DNA of 64,000 bases, from NCBI GenBank assembly GCA_002480485.1, contig DLCF01000027.1:9936-73935 (forward strand), in the 5' to 3' direction. The notes below the pieces were generated by a model. That model searched no databases. It was given only the letters and a program-made list of their open reading frames with translations, and was not told the DNA's origin. Numbering within the stretch: the stretch's first letter is position 1; each line of letters begins with the position of its first letter. Origin of the DNA: Planctomycetaceae bacterium UBA7805. GTDB lineage: Bacteria > Planctomycetota > Planctomycetia > Pirellulales > UBA7805. Both the position numbers and the translations under genes were made by a program. Positions 10,005 through 18,510 of the stretch are shown piece by piece.

Positions 10005-12085
10005 TTTTCGCAGCCTGGTACAGCATCGAAAACTGGCCTTATATCGCAATGGCCCTAGCCGGCCTCGGATTCGTGATCTTTGTTCATGAACTGGGTCACT
10101 TCGCGGTTGCAAAAATGTGTGGTGTGAAATGCGAAAAATTTTACATCGGGTTCGATCCTCCACTAAAAATTGGTCTTGGCAAATTCAGTTTCCGTTTACC
10201 GAGCGCGCTTTGGAAAAAGCAGTGGGGGGAAACCGAATACGGTATCGGCATCATTCCACTCGGTGGCTACGTGAAAATGCTCGGTCAGGATGATAACCCG
10301 TCGCGTGAAGCAGAGAAAATCCGCGACGCACGTCAAGCATCTCCAGAAGACGGGTCAGAGGCTACCGATTCCGAAAGAGAGAACTACCTCACGGACCCTC
10401 GAAGTTATGTGTCGCAAACTGTACCTGAGCGGATGGCAATCATTTCGGCCGGTGTAATCATGAACCTGATCTTCGCCTGGATCTTTGCAACCATTGCTTT
10501 TTCCCCTGGCTTTGGCGTGCCCTACATCCGCTGTGACGTTGCGTCGGTTATGCCGGGGGAGGCAGCCTACCAAGCGGGGATCCAACCGGGTGACCAAATT
10601 GTTGAAATCAATGGCCTAAAAAAACCAAGGTTTAAAGATCTTCGCCAGGAGGTAATCCTCGGGGATCTGGAAAATGGCATTCCCGTCACAGTCGATCGGA
10701 ACAACTCGGAAGGTGGAGTGGAAACATTTCAGTTCTCGCTGCTACCGCGACAAAGTGACGGCCAACTTTTGCGAATAATTGGCGTTTCGCCCGCCAGTAC
10801 CTTGCAATTGGCTGAGGCAGCGGTCGCCGTGCCAGGTAGCCCCGCCGACGCGGTTGCCGAAAATTTGCAGCCTGGAGATACGATAATCGAAGTAAATGGA
10901 GAAGGTGTTTCCAATTATGTTGAATATCGGGCTGCGCTTGCTAAGCACAATACCGAGCCGGTCACCATAACCCTCGCCCGCTTTGAAGATGAGTCGCCTG
11001 TCGAAGTAAAGGTGGCACCGCGGTTTCTTCGTAGATACGGCCTTGAAATGGAATTGGGACCCATCGTCGCGGTCCGTCCCGGTTCACCGGCAGCAGATGC
11101 CGGTCTTCAGCAAGGTGACCTGATTGAGGCGATCGACGGCGAGACACCGGGCGACCCGCTCAGTTTACCCCAACGGATTTCGGCTGATGACCAACTTAAT
11201 ATTGAACTTGAGGTGCGCCGTGGCGATACCCAAGAAAAATTTATTGTCCCACGCCGACCGGTTCCCTGGAAAAGCGATGTGCTCAAAACGATGGAACTTC
11301 CCTCGTTGGGCATTGCTTACGAAACGCTCAATACAGTTGCAGGAGTAACGCCGGATAGTCCGGCAGCCAGAGCAGGAATTATGCCGGGGGATCAAATTGT
11401 TGCCGTGGATCTTGACCCGGCAAACGAAGAGCAGGCGGCCAAAGATCGACTTCTTTTTCCGAAAGGACGGATGGTAACCCAGAACATTGGTGAGCCCGAT
11501 GGTGTCAGTTGGGTACTTTGGCTGCGGTCGGTTGCACAAAGCATCCAGGATGACACTGCGTTGGAAGTCACCGTCCTCCGCGAGGGCCAACAAGTGAAAC
11601 TCACAGTTCCACCGGCTACCCTCTCTGAGACGGCTATTCCGGGTCGTGGCTTTGTCTTTGTGCAGGAAACTGACACGATGCGGGCAGGTAATTTGACCGA
11701 AGCGATGGCGTTGGGATGGCGTGAAACAAAATATTCGATGCTGATGGTGTACCGTTTTCTGCACAAGTTGGTATCGGGGCAGGTCTCGCCACAACTGCTT
11801 GGCGGACCAGGCACGATTGCCGCGGTAGCGGGCATGTCAGCCAAGCAGGGCGCTGCCAGCCTGCTACTATTCCTGACGATGCTCAGCGCGAATCTTGCCG
11901 TTATCAATTTTCTACCGATTCCGGTACTCGATGGTGGACATATGGTCTTCCTTTTTCTGGAGGGCATCTTCCGTCGCCCTGTGAGCGAAAAAATTGTGAT
12001 TCCCCTCACCTGGGCCGGGCTCCTGCTCATACTCGCACTGATGCTTTTTGTGATCGGTCTCGATGTGAATCGATTCATGCTCTGA
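9989..12085 (+). CDS. rseP: RIP site-2 metalloprotease RseP (peptidase M50) with four PDZ domains
   Basis: HELGHFAVAK near the N-terminus and NFLPIPVLDGGH near the C-terminus. Four PDZ carboxylate-loop-like segments are present (AGIQPGDQIVEING, NLQPGDTIIEVNGE, AGLQQGDLIEAIDGE, AGIMPGDQIVAVD). Start is TTG 9989 or ATG 9995; it overlaps the dxr 3' end by up to 16 nt. Confidence 0.9.
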   Translation: MDMHLIFAAWYSIENWPYIAMALAGLGFVIFVHELGHFAVAKMCGVKCEKFYIGFDPPLKIGLGKFSFRLPSALWKKQWGETEYGIGIIPLGGYVKMLGQDDNPSREAEKIRDARQASPEDGSEATDSERENYLTDPRSYVSQTVPERMAIISAGVIMNLIFAWIFATIAFSPGFGVPYIRCDVASVMPGEAAYQAGIQPGDQIVEINGLKKPRFKDLRQEVILGDLENGIPVTVDRNNSEGGVETFQFSLLPRQSDGQLLRIIGVSPASTLQLAEAAVAVPGSPADAVAENLQPGDTIIEVNGEGVSNYVEYRAALAKHNTEPVTITLARFEDESPVEVKVAPRFLRRYGLEMELGPIVAVRPGSPAADAGLQQGDLIEAIDGETPGDPLSLPQRISADDQLNIELEVRRGDTQEKFIVPRRPVPWKSDVLKTMELPSLGIAYETLNTVAGVTPDSPAARAGIMPGDQIVAVDLDPANEEQAAKDRLLFPKGRMVTQNIGEPDGVSWVLWLRSVAQSIQDDTALEVTVLREGQQVKLTVPPATLSETAIPGRGFVFVQETDTMRAGNLTEAMALGWRETKYSMLMVYRFLHKLVSGQVSPQLLGGPGTIAAVAGMSAKQGAASLLLFLTMLSANLAVINFLPIPVLDGGHMVFLFLEGIFRRPVSEKIVIPLTWAGLLLILALMLFVIGLDVNRFML

Positions 12086-12232
12086 GCAGTCTGCGGAACC
12101 TCTGATTTGCTAGCATTGCGCGCAAAAGATCAGAATTCCCGTGGCGAGCGTCGCTCTTGCCCCCAATCGGCGAGACAGAGTAGAGTGCGACCTGAATCAT
12201 TGGGACTTTCCGGCGGAAAGGAATCGAAAGCC

Positions 12233-13297
12233 ATGGGAACGCCTTTGGCAGAACTTGCCCGAATTGTAGATGGGCGTATTTCGGGTGATGGAACCATCGA
12301 AATCGAAGAGGCTGCTACCCTTGCGCATGCCCAAGAGGGTGAAATCTCTTTTTTAGATAATACTGAAAAACAGAATCAACTCACGGAGTCGAGAGCGACC
12401 GCCTTTGTGGTGCCGATCGACTGCCACCCACCGAACGCAACGCTGATTCACGTGGAGGATGTCCAGTTGGCATTCGCCAAGATCGTGGAACATTTTCGAC
12501 CCCCGCGTTATGCAAAACGGATCGGCATCAGCCCCGCAGCCATCATCAGTCCGTCTGCAAGGGTCGGGGAAGACGTGGATATTCATTTGGGTGCCACGAT
12601 CGGCGACGATGTTACGATTGGAGATCGGGCAACGATCCACGCCGGCGTAACAGTGATGGCCGGTTGCCAGGTCGGTGAGGATGTGACGCTGTTTCCAAAT
12701 GCCGTACTCTACGAGAACACGGTGGTGGGAGCACGATCGATTATCCATGCAGGAGCCGTGCTCGGTGCGTACGGGTTCGGTTACAGCACCGAGGGTGGAA
12801 GGCATCATCTGTCCGCCCAACTCGGCTACGTGACCATCGGAAATGATGTGGAAATCGGTGCATCTACCACGATCGATCGGGGAACGTACGGGCCAACTGT
12901 AATCGGTGAGGGGACCAAGATTGATAACCTAGTGATGATTGCTCACAATTGCAGAATCGGTCGCCACAATATCATCTGTTCACAAGTTGGAATCGCTGGA
13001 AGCACGACCACTGGTGATTATGTGGTCATGGCCGGTCAGGTGGGTGTCCGAGATCATGTACACATCGGATCCCGCGCCGTGCTCGGTGCGATGGCCGGTG
13101 TTATCGGCGATATACCGGATGGCGAATGTTACGCTGGTATCCCCGCGACTCCAATGAGAGAACAGAGTTTTAAGCTGGCGGCACTCGCACGTCTCCCCGA
13201 AATGCGAAAGCAACTCAAGCGTTTACAGCGATTAGTCGAACAAAGGGAAAATAAAGCGTCGAACTCAGGAGACAAAAATCCGTCACACGCTGCATGA
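12233..13297 (+). CDS. lpxD: UDP-3-O-(3-hydroxyacyl)glucosamine N-acyltransferase
   Basis: LAELARIVDGR N-terminal domain followed by a long left-handed beta-helix of hexapeptide repeats, with IAHNCRIG and VGIAGST. The track ORF starts at 12107. ATG 12233 preceded by GGAAAGGAA gives the canonical N-terminus. Confidence 0.9.
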   Translation: MGTPLAELARIVDGRISGDGTIEIEEAATLAHAQEGEISFLDNTEKQNQLTESRATAFVVPIDCHPPNATLIHVEDVQLAFAKIVEHFRPPRYAKRIGISPAAIISPSARVGEDVDIHLGATIGDDVTIGDRATIHAGVTVMAGCQVGEDVTLFPNAVLYENTVVGARSIIHAGAVLGAYGFGYSTEGGRHHLSAQLGYVTIGNDVEIGASTTIDRGTYGPTVIGEGTKIDNLVMIAHNCRIGRHNIICSQVGIAGSTTTGDYVVMAGQVGVRDHVHIGSRAVLGAMAGVIGDIPDGECYAGIPATPMREQSFKLAALARLPEMRKQLKRLQRLVEQRENKASNSGDKNPSHAA

Positions 13298-13429
13298 GCG
13301 GTAATTTGCATTTGCAACGCGGGGTCTTCTGCGTGATTGGTTTCCTCCGCACCTCATTGCAGGTTTCCAAAATTCATCTATATCATCATCAATCATCAAT
13401 CGAATGATCAACCGAGCCAAAGCTTCAAG

Positions 13430-14338
13430 ATGAACAATGCCACGCAACATGGCAAAAACAAACGAATTGGTTTGCTGGCCGCCTGGGGAGATTATCCGAT
13501 TGAAGTGGCTCGTGCGCTGCGAAAATCAGGGCACACGATCTACTGCCTAGGCGTCGAGGGCCACGCGAATCGCCCTGCATTAGAGCCACTTTGTTCGGCG
13601 TATGAGAGTGTAGGCATTGGACGACTGGGATTTGCGCTGCGCTATTTTAAAAAGCATGCAGTACAGAACGCTACGATGGCGGGCAAATTTCACAAGACGT
13701 TACTTTATCGTCCCTGGGTATGGTTTCGCCATCTACCGGACTGGACCGCTATCCGGCACTTTTTCCCTTACTTCGCCCAACCCCAGTGGTCGAGCGATCA
13801 CAAAGACTGCAAGGATGACACATTGCTGCTGGCGCTAGTCGATGCCTTTGCCCGAAGAGACATCCATTTCGTGCCGGCCACCGACTACGCACCGGAGCTT
13901 CTCGTGCAGTGCGGGCAATTAACGAAGCGGGGTCTTACTCTCGCCCAGGAAAACGATATTGCCTTCGGCTGGGATCTTGCCAAAGAAATGGGCCGCCTTG
14001 ATGTCGGGCAATCGGTCGCTGTGAAAGGGCAAGCAGTGCTAGCAGTTGAGGCAATCGAGGGGACGGATCAATGCATCCGCCGCGCTGGATCACTTTGCCC
14101 TAGCGGTGAGTTCACAGTCGTGAAAGTTGCCAAACCCAATCAGGATATGCGTTTCGACGTGCCAACCATTGGCCTTGGCACGGTTCGCTCGCTGCATGAA
14201 GCGGGCGGAAGAGTTTTGGCAATCGAAGCAAAAAAAACAATTGTTGTCGGGGAAGATGAATTAATCGCGTATGCGGATCAGCACAAATTGGTTATCGTAT
14301 CGTTCAGTCGTCCGGAAGCTGAATCGATTGCTGCCTGA
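13430..14338 (+). CDS. lpxI: UDP-2,3-diacylglucosamine pyrophosphatase LpxI (DUF1009 family)
   Basis: RIGLLAAWGDYPIEVA, GRLDVGQSVAVKGQAVLAVEAIEGTDQCIRRAG and VVKVAKPNQDMRFDVPTIG align with Caulobacter LpxI as I recall it. ATG 13430 was chosen over the track start at 13337. Confidence 0.8.
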   Translation: MNNATQHGKNKRIGLLAAWGDYPIEVARALRKSGHTIYCLGVEGHANRPALEPLCSAYESVGIGRLGFALRYFKKHAVQNATMAGKFHKTLLYRPWVWFRHLPDWTAIRHFFPYFAQPQWSSDHKDCKDDTLLLALVDAFARRDIHFVPATDYAPELLVQCGQLTKRGLTLAQENDIAFGWDLAKEMGRLDVGQSVAVKGQAVLAVEAIEGTDQCIRRAGSLCPSGEFTVVKVAKPNQDMRFDVPTIGLGTVRSLHEAGGRVLAIEAKKTIVVGEDELIAYADQHKLVIVSFSRPEAESIAA

Positions 14339-14359
14339 TTGAGACAATGGTTCAACTGA

Positions 14360-14533
14360 CCCGGAGACCGTTTGTACTCGCAAGGGGGAGGTTGAAGAAG
14401 AGCGCATCGACAACGTCTTACCCGCAACATTAAGTTGTCTATGTGTCCCACACTCTTGCATAAAAGAAGGTAACTTGAACTCTCGCAAATCAAGCTACCA
14501 TCGTTCGTTGTGCATCGGTCTCCGGGCTTTTTT
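14360..14533 (+). terminator. Long-range 11-bp inverted repeat closing a 145-nt insert and followed by T6; atypical terminator or small structured RNA
   Basis: 14360-14370 CCCGGAGACCG pairs perfectly with 14516-14526 CGGTCTCCGGG, followed by C and TTTTTT (14528-14533). It lies in the convergent lpxI / DUF983 gap. Confidence 0.3.
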
Positions 14534-14554
14534 CTGACGGGCAATATTTCCCGG

Positions 14555-14998
14555 CTACTCTTCATCCGACTTTTCAATCTGGATTCGCGGCCTACTAACT
14601 CCCGGATCAATAAGTTGGTCAAAAGCAATCCACATACTTCGGGCGTAACGAAAAAACCATAGCGGGAACAAAACACAGAACGCCATGGTACCCCAGAGAA
14701 CAATGTTGGCGGGTAGTTTTAACCCGAAGACCAACAGCGGATAGCCGCCTGTCACCACCAGGGCTGTTAGCCCGTAATTAAAATAGATCGATCCTAGAAA
14801 ATAACCTGATTCACGTTCGTAGACCAAACCACAAAAAACGCAATGATGAAACATTTTGGAGAAAGCGTAATAGATCCGTCCCTTGCCACATTGCGGACAA
14901 CGCAAGCGAAGGGATCGCAGAAGATGAGTCCAGAGTCGCAAAATAATCTCCGCTGCCTCTCGGGTAGGAATCCGGGTCAGACCCGTCCTCCCAGTCAA
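14555..14998 (-). CDS. DUF983-like small membrane protein (zinc-ribbon plus two TM helices)
   Basis: RCPQCGKGRIY...HHCVFCGLVYERESGYF is a CxxC...CxxC ribbon, followed by two hydrophobic helices. Confidence 0.55.
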   Translation of the reverse strand: MTGRTGLTRIPTREAAEIILRLWTHLLRSLRLRCPQCGKGRIYYAFSKMFHHCVFCGLVYERESGYFLGSIYFNYGLTALVVTGGYPLLVFGLKLPANIVLWGTMAFCVLFPLWFFRYARSMWIAFDQLIDPGVSRPRIQIEKSDEE

Positions 14999-15073
14999 AC
15001 TGTAGGGCCATTAGAATAACATAGACATGTTCAGGTCCAGAAGCACCACCTCATTGTGGACGGAGACTTTTCG

Positions 15074-15793
15074 ATGCGACATCGAGTATTCTGGCCAGCG
15101 ACAATGCTGGCAATCTATTATCTCATCTGTTCTGGAGCATATCCGGCCAACCCACAAGCGACCGCAGGTCGAACCCATTATATGGGTCGTGAAATCGCCG
15201 TCACGATGCACTACACGGGGGCACCATGGTTGGTCCGTGAGTCGCGCGAGCGTGAAGAGGAATGCAGCACATTGCTCAGGGCATTAAAACTAAAGCCCGA
15301 TGACGTCGTCTGTGACTTGGGCTGTGGCAACGGGTTCTACGCACTTGAAATAGCAAAACAGGTGCCAAAAGGGAAAGTGATCGGGGTAGACATACAGCCA
15401 GAAATGCTACGGATGCTCCGGGAACGGGCGCGCATCTCGGGAGTTAAAAATATTGAGTTAGTATTGGGCACGCTCAGCGATCCCAAGCTTCCACGTGGCA
15501 AGGTTGATCTCGTGTTTTGCGTCGATGCCTATCACGAATTTTCGCATCCCGAAAAAATGTTGCGAGCAATTCGCAGATCACTCTCGAAAAGCGGTCGTTT
15601 GGCGCTAGTTGAATTTCGTGCGGAAGATCCGCTCGTGCCGATCAAACCGCTTCACAAAATGAGCAAGCAGCAAATCCTCAAAGAGCTCATTCCAAACGGC
15701 TTCAAACTAGTGGGACAATTCGATGCCCTCCCCTGGCAGCATGTGATGTTTTTCGGTCGCGACGAAAGCTGGAAACCATCCGCAAAAAAGTGA
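15074..15793 (+). CDS. Class I SAM-dependent methyltransferase with N-terminal signal/anchor
   Basis: Motif I is VCDLGCGNGFYALEIA, and an acidic post-I residue is present (VIGVDIQ). ATG 15074 has a GGAG 8 nt upstream; the track start at 15056 is GTG. Confidence 0.8.
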   Translation: MRHRVFWPATMLAIYYLICSGAYPANPQATAGRTHYMGREIAVTMHYTGAPWLVRESREREEECSTLLRALKLKPDDVVCDLGCGNGFYALEIAKQVPKGKVIGVDIQPEMLRMLRERARISGVKNIELVLGTLSDPKLPRGKVDLVFCVDAYHEFSHPEKMLRAIRRSLSKSGRLALVEFRAEDPLVPIKPLHKMSKQQILKELIPNGFKLVGQFDALPWQHVMFFGRDESWKPSAKK

Positions 15794-15802
15794 TCGTCGC
15801 CA

Positions 15803-16768
15803 ATGCTTATGCTCATTTTAATTTTGGTCGGCGGGTGTATTCTCTTGTATGCGGGAGCTACTTGGCTCGTGCGTGGGGCTTCAGAATTGGCGACCGCGCT
15901 TGGGATCCCGAAGGCCATTGTCGGATTACTGCTGGTGGCCTTCGGCACAAGTGCCCCAGAACTAATCGTTAATCTGATCGCCGCCTATGACGGCGAAACC
16001 AGCTTCGCGTTGGCCAACGTCTCGGGCAGTAATCTTACAAATCTACTAATCGGCTTCGGGCTCTGTGGAATCCTAGGCGGGTTGATCATCCCTTGGCGGA
16101 CCTTTTATCTTGACCTGTGGGCACTGGTTCTCTCAGCGACCATTCCATTTGTCATTTTGCTTTGGCACGGTGACATGCCGATTGTGGCGGTAGCCCCCCT
16201 ATTCGTTGGTGTCTTGGGCTATATCTGGACGATTCGGCGACGGTTTCAGGAGCACGTCCCGGTCGAGAGCGACGCGGACCACCTACATCCGGCTCTCAGT
16301 AGCCTGCTTTTTCTCCTCGGTGCCACGTTGCTCTACGGTGGCGGGCATTTGGTGCTTACCGGAGCGATCGACATCGCTAAAAAGCTAAGCATCGAAGCCT
16401 CGCTGGTCGGTTTGACCCTGGTCGCCGCCGGAACCTCCATCCCCGATGCGGTAGCCAGCATCGTGGCAGCCAGAAGAGGCGAGGACGAGATTGCTGTGGG
16501 TAATTTGTTGGGTAGCAACATCGCAAATATCCTCGTTGTGCTTTCCGGTACGCTGCTCGCGGCCTGGACCGGAGCCCCTGATGAAATGGTGCTCGTAAAT
16601 TTGGAAGCAGACGATTGGACAGTATGGGATTACACGGCAGTCCTCGCGGCATCAGTGGGATTTTTCGGAGCTGCCGCACGCTGGGAACGTATCGGACGTT
16701 TCGGTGGCCTACTGATGATTACCTGCTTTTTTCTTTACATGGGGCTGCGAGTTTTCTTTTCAGTGTAA
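15803..16768 (+). CDS. Ca2+/cation antiporter (CaCA / YrbG-type sodium:calcium exchanger)
   Basis: Two alpha-repeat motifs, GTSAPELIVNLIAA and GTSIPDAVASIVAARRGEDEIAVGNLLGSNIANI. About 10 TM segments. Confidence 0.85.
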   Translation: MLMLILILVGGCILLYAGATWLVRGASELATALGIPKAIVGLLLVAFGTSAPELIVNLIAAYDGETSFALANVSGSNLTNLLIGFGLCGILGGLIIPWRTFYLDLWALVLSATIPFVILLWHGDMPIVAVAPLFVGVLGYIWTIRRRFQEHVPVESDADHLHPALSSLLFLLGATLLYGGGHLVLTGAIDIAKKLSIEASLVGLTLVAAGTSIPDAVASIVAARRGEDEIAVGNLLGSNIANILVVLSGTLLAAWTGAPDEMVLVNLEADDWTVWDYTAVLAASVGFFGAAARWERIGRFGGLLMITCFFLYMGLRVFFSV

Positions 16769-16788
16769 CAATCGTCCGGAGAGGCGCT

Positions 16789-17109
16789 ATGGAAGCAATC
16801 CACACCATTCGCTTGATGGACCCCTGGGAAGAGCGTGAAAGCCCAGAGGGCTGCATCCATCGACGCACCTTCAACGCACCGACGGGAATCACAGCGGACG
16901 ATACCTTGTGGATTGTGATCCAATCGCAAAAATATCCTGCTCGACTGAGCTGTAACGGCGCTGTATTAGGTAACGTACACCGACAGGCCTGCTTTGAGAT
17001 AACCGCGTTGCTATCGAATAAAAACAAGCTAGAGATGCTTTTTCCCCCGGGCGATCCTTCACCACAACGAGGATCGGTTTACCTTGAGATACGTTGTCCT
17101 TACAAGTGA
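16789..17109 (+). CDS. Hypothetical 106-aa protein (weak resemblance to a GH2-type sugar-binding jelly-roll)
   Basis: ATG 16789 is preceded by GGAGAGG. The track ORF (from 16615) would overlap the antiporter by 150 nt. The sequence ...LSCNGAVLGNVHRQACFEITALLSNKNKLEMLF resembles the NG-x-x-G ... F-D/E-IT ... N-x-L pattern. No confident family. Confidence 0.4.
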   Translation: MEAIHTIRLMDPWEERESPEGCIHRRTFNAPTGITADDTLWIVIQSQKYPARLSCNGAVLGNVHRQACFEITALLSNKNKLEMLFPPGDPSPQRGSVYLEIRCPYK

Positions 17110-17127
17110 ACTTATTTTGGATCGCAC

Positions 17128-18336
17128 ATGATGCTCGAAAGATTTTTCCTTTTGTTGGCATGTTATGCCTCTCTATCAATCAGCGACGCAAATTCAATAG
17201 GTGGCGAGATCAATAAATCCCTCAACGGGGTTTCGAATCGGCTCTCGCCGGATGAAGTTGCCGCAGGCTGGTTACTGCTTTTCGACGGGGAAACCCTTTT
17301 CGGCTGGAAGTCCGCCAGTCAAACCGATTGGCAAGTGAGCAACGGAGCAATTCGTGCTGTCGATGGGGAAGTGGGATTACTGCACACGACTACGCAATTT
17401 GCGGATTTCGAACTAATGTGCGACTTTAAAGCAGATCCACAAACCAACAGCGGTATTTTTCTGCGAACGAGCCCCCGACCTGCCGACCCGACGCGTGGTT
17501 GCTATGAGCTTAATATTGCCGGGCCAGACAAAAGCCCATTTCCCACCGGAAGTCTGGTCGGCAGACAGACGGGAAATTTTTCGTGCGCTGACAATCACTG
17601 GCATACCTATCATGTGATTGCTCGAGGAGGCAATTTTACAATTCATCTTGATGGACGAACGGTACTCGAATGGAAAGCAACGAATCCGCTCGGTCGCGGG
17701 TTTATTGGGCTACAGCACAATGAAGGTCCGATCGCATTCCGTAACATCAAATTGAAACCCTTAGGACTTAAGTCGCTGTTCAACGGTAAAAATCTCTCTG
17801 GCTGGAATGTTTTATCCGCAAAAGAAAGTCAATTTTTGGTAACGGATTCAGGAGAACTTCAGGTTCTCTCCGGCCCGGGCCAGTTGGAAACAAACAGCAC
17901 ATATGGCGACTTCGTGATGCAAACAGACATCTATGTTGACGGAGATGCCTTGAACTCGGGAATTTTTTTTCGAAGCATCCCTGGTGATTTTTCTAACGGG
18001 TACGAAAGTCAGATACACAATGGCTTCAAAAATGGCGATCGCAGTCAGCCCAGCAACTTCGGGACCGGTGGGATCTTCCGTCGCCAGGAAGCTCGACGTG
18101 TACCGGCCGATGATCGGAATTGGTTTACCAAAACAATTTTCTGCGAGGGCCCACACATAGCCGTGTGGGTTAATGGTATACAAGTCACGGACTGGACCGA
18201 CCGTCGAGAGCTGGATCCAAATCCCCGCCGTGGTCTTCGACTGACGCCCGGCACAATTATCCTCCAAGGCCACGATCCGACGACGAACCTGCGTTTTCGC
18301 AACATGCGAATCGAGGAAATACCGAGACGACGGTAG
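17128..18336 (+). CDS. Secreted protein with two tandem DUF1080 (3-keto-disaccharide hydrolase-like) domains
   Basis: Signal peptide MMLERFFLLLACYASLSISDA. Two repeats of the W...W-x-V-x-x-G ... NSGIFxR ... E-x-Q/N-I pattern, ending in F-R-N-I/M-R-I. Confidence 0.75.
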   Translation: MMLERFFLLLACYASLSISDANSIGGEINKSLNGVSNRLSPDEVAAGWLLLFDGETLFGWKSASQTDWQVSNGAIRAVDGEVGLLHTTTQFADFELMCDFKADPQTNSGIFLRTSPRPADPTRGCYELNIAGPDKSPFPTGSLVGRQTGNFSCADNHWHTYHVIARGGNFTIHLDGRTVLEWKATNPLGRGFIGLQHNEGPIAFRNIKLKPLGLKSLFNGKNLSGWNVLSAKESQFLVTDSGELQVLSGPGQLETNSTYGDFVMQTDIYVDGDALNSGIFFRSIPGDFSNGYESQIHNGFKNGDRSQPSNFGTGGIFRRQEARRVPADDRNWFTKTIFCEGPHIAVWVNGIQVTDWTDRRELDPNPRRGLRLTPGTIILQGHDPTTNLRFRNMRIEEIPRRR

Positions 18337-18510
18337 CAGAATTCGCCGCCTCTCCCCGCATGAAAAAAAAGGGGCGGCCGGTTACAATATGTAATGGAGA
18401 TCTGGACCATTGTGCGACTGTTTACGCTGCGCCACATAATCCTCTTCCCACCAAGCCAACAGCTCGCAAAGCGCGATACTCTGAACGTTTCGCTCTTGGA
18501 GAATTGATCT

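Noticed and set aside
11165-12078. Two long minus-strand ORFs (209 and 228 aa) inside rseP
   Set aside because: They are antisense to a gene with intact M50 and PDZ motifs. They overlap each other in different frames and carry no motifs.
13386-13399. TCATCAA x2 tandem heptamer between lpxD and lpxI
   Set aside because: There are two copies only, in an A/T-rich leader. The evidence is insufficient to call it a regulatory repeat.
18337-18400. GC-rich imperfect inverted repeat flanking an A8 tract after the DUF1080 gene
   Set aside because: The stems pair only with bulges, and the homopolymer sits in the loop rather than after the stem on either strand. It is not a convincing terminator.
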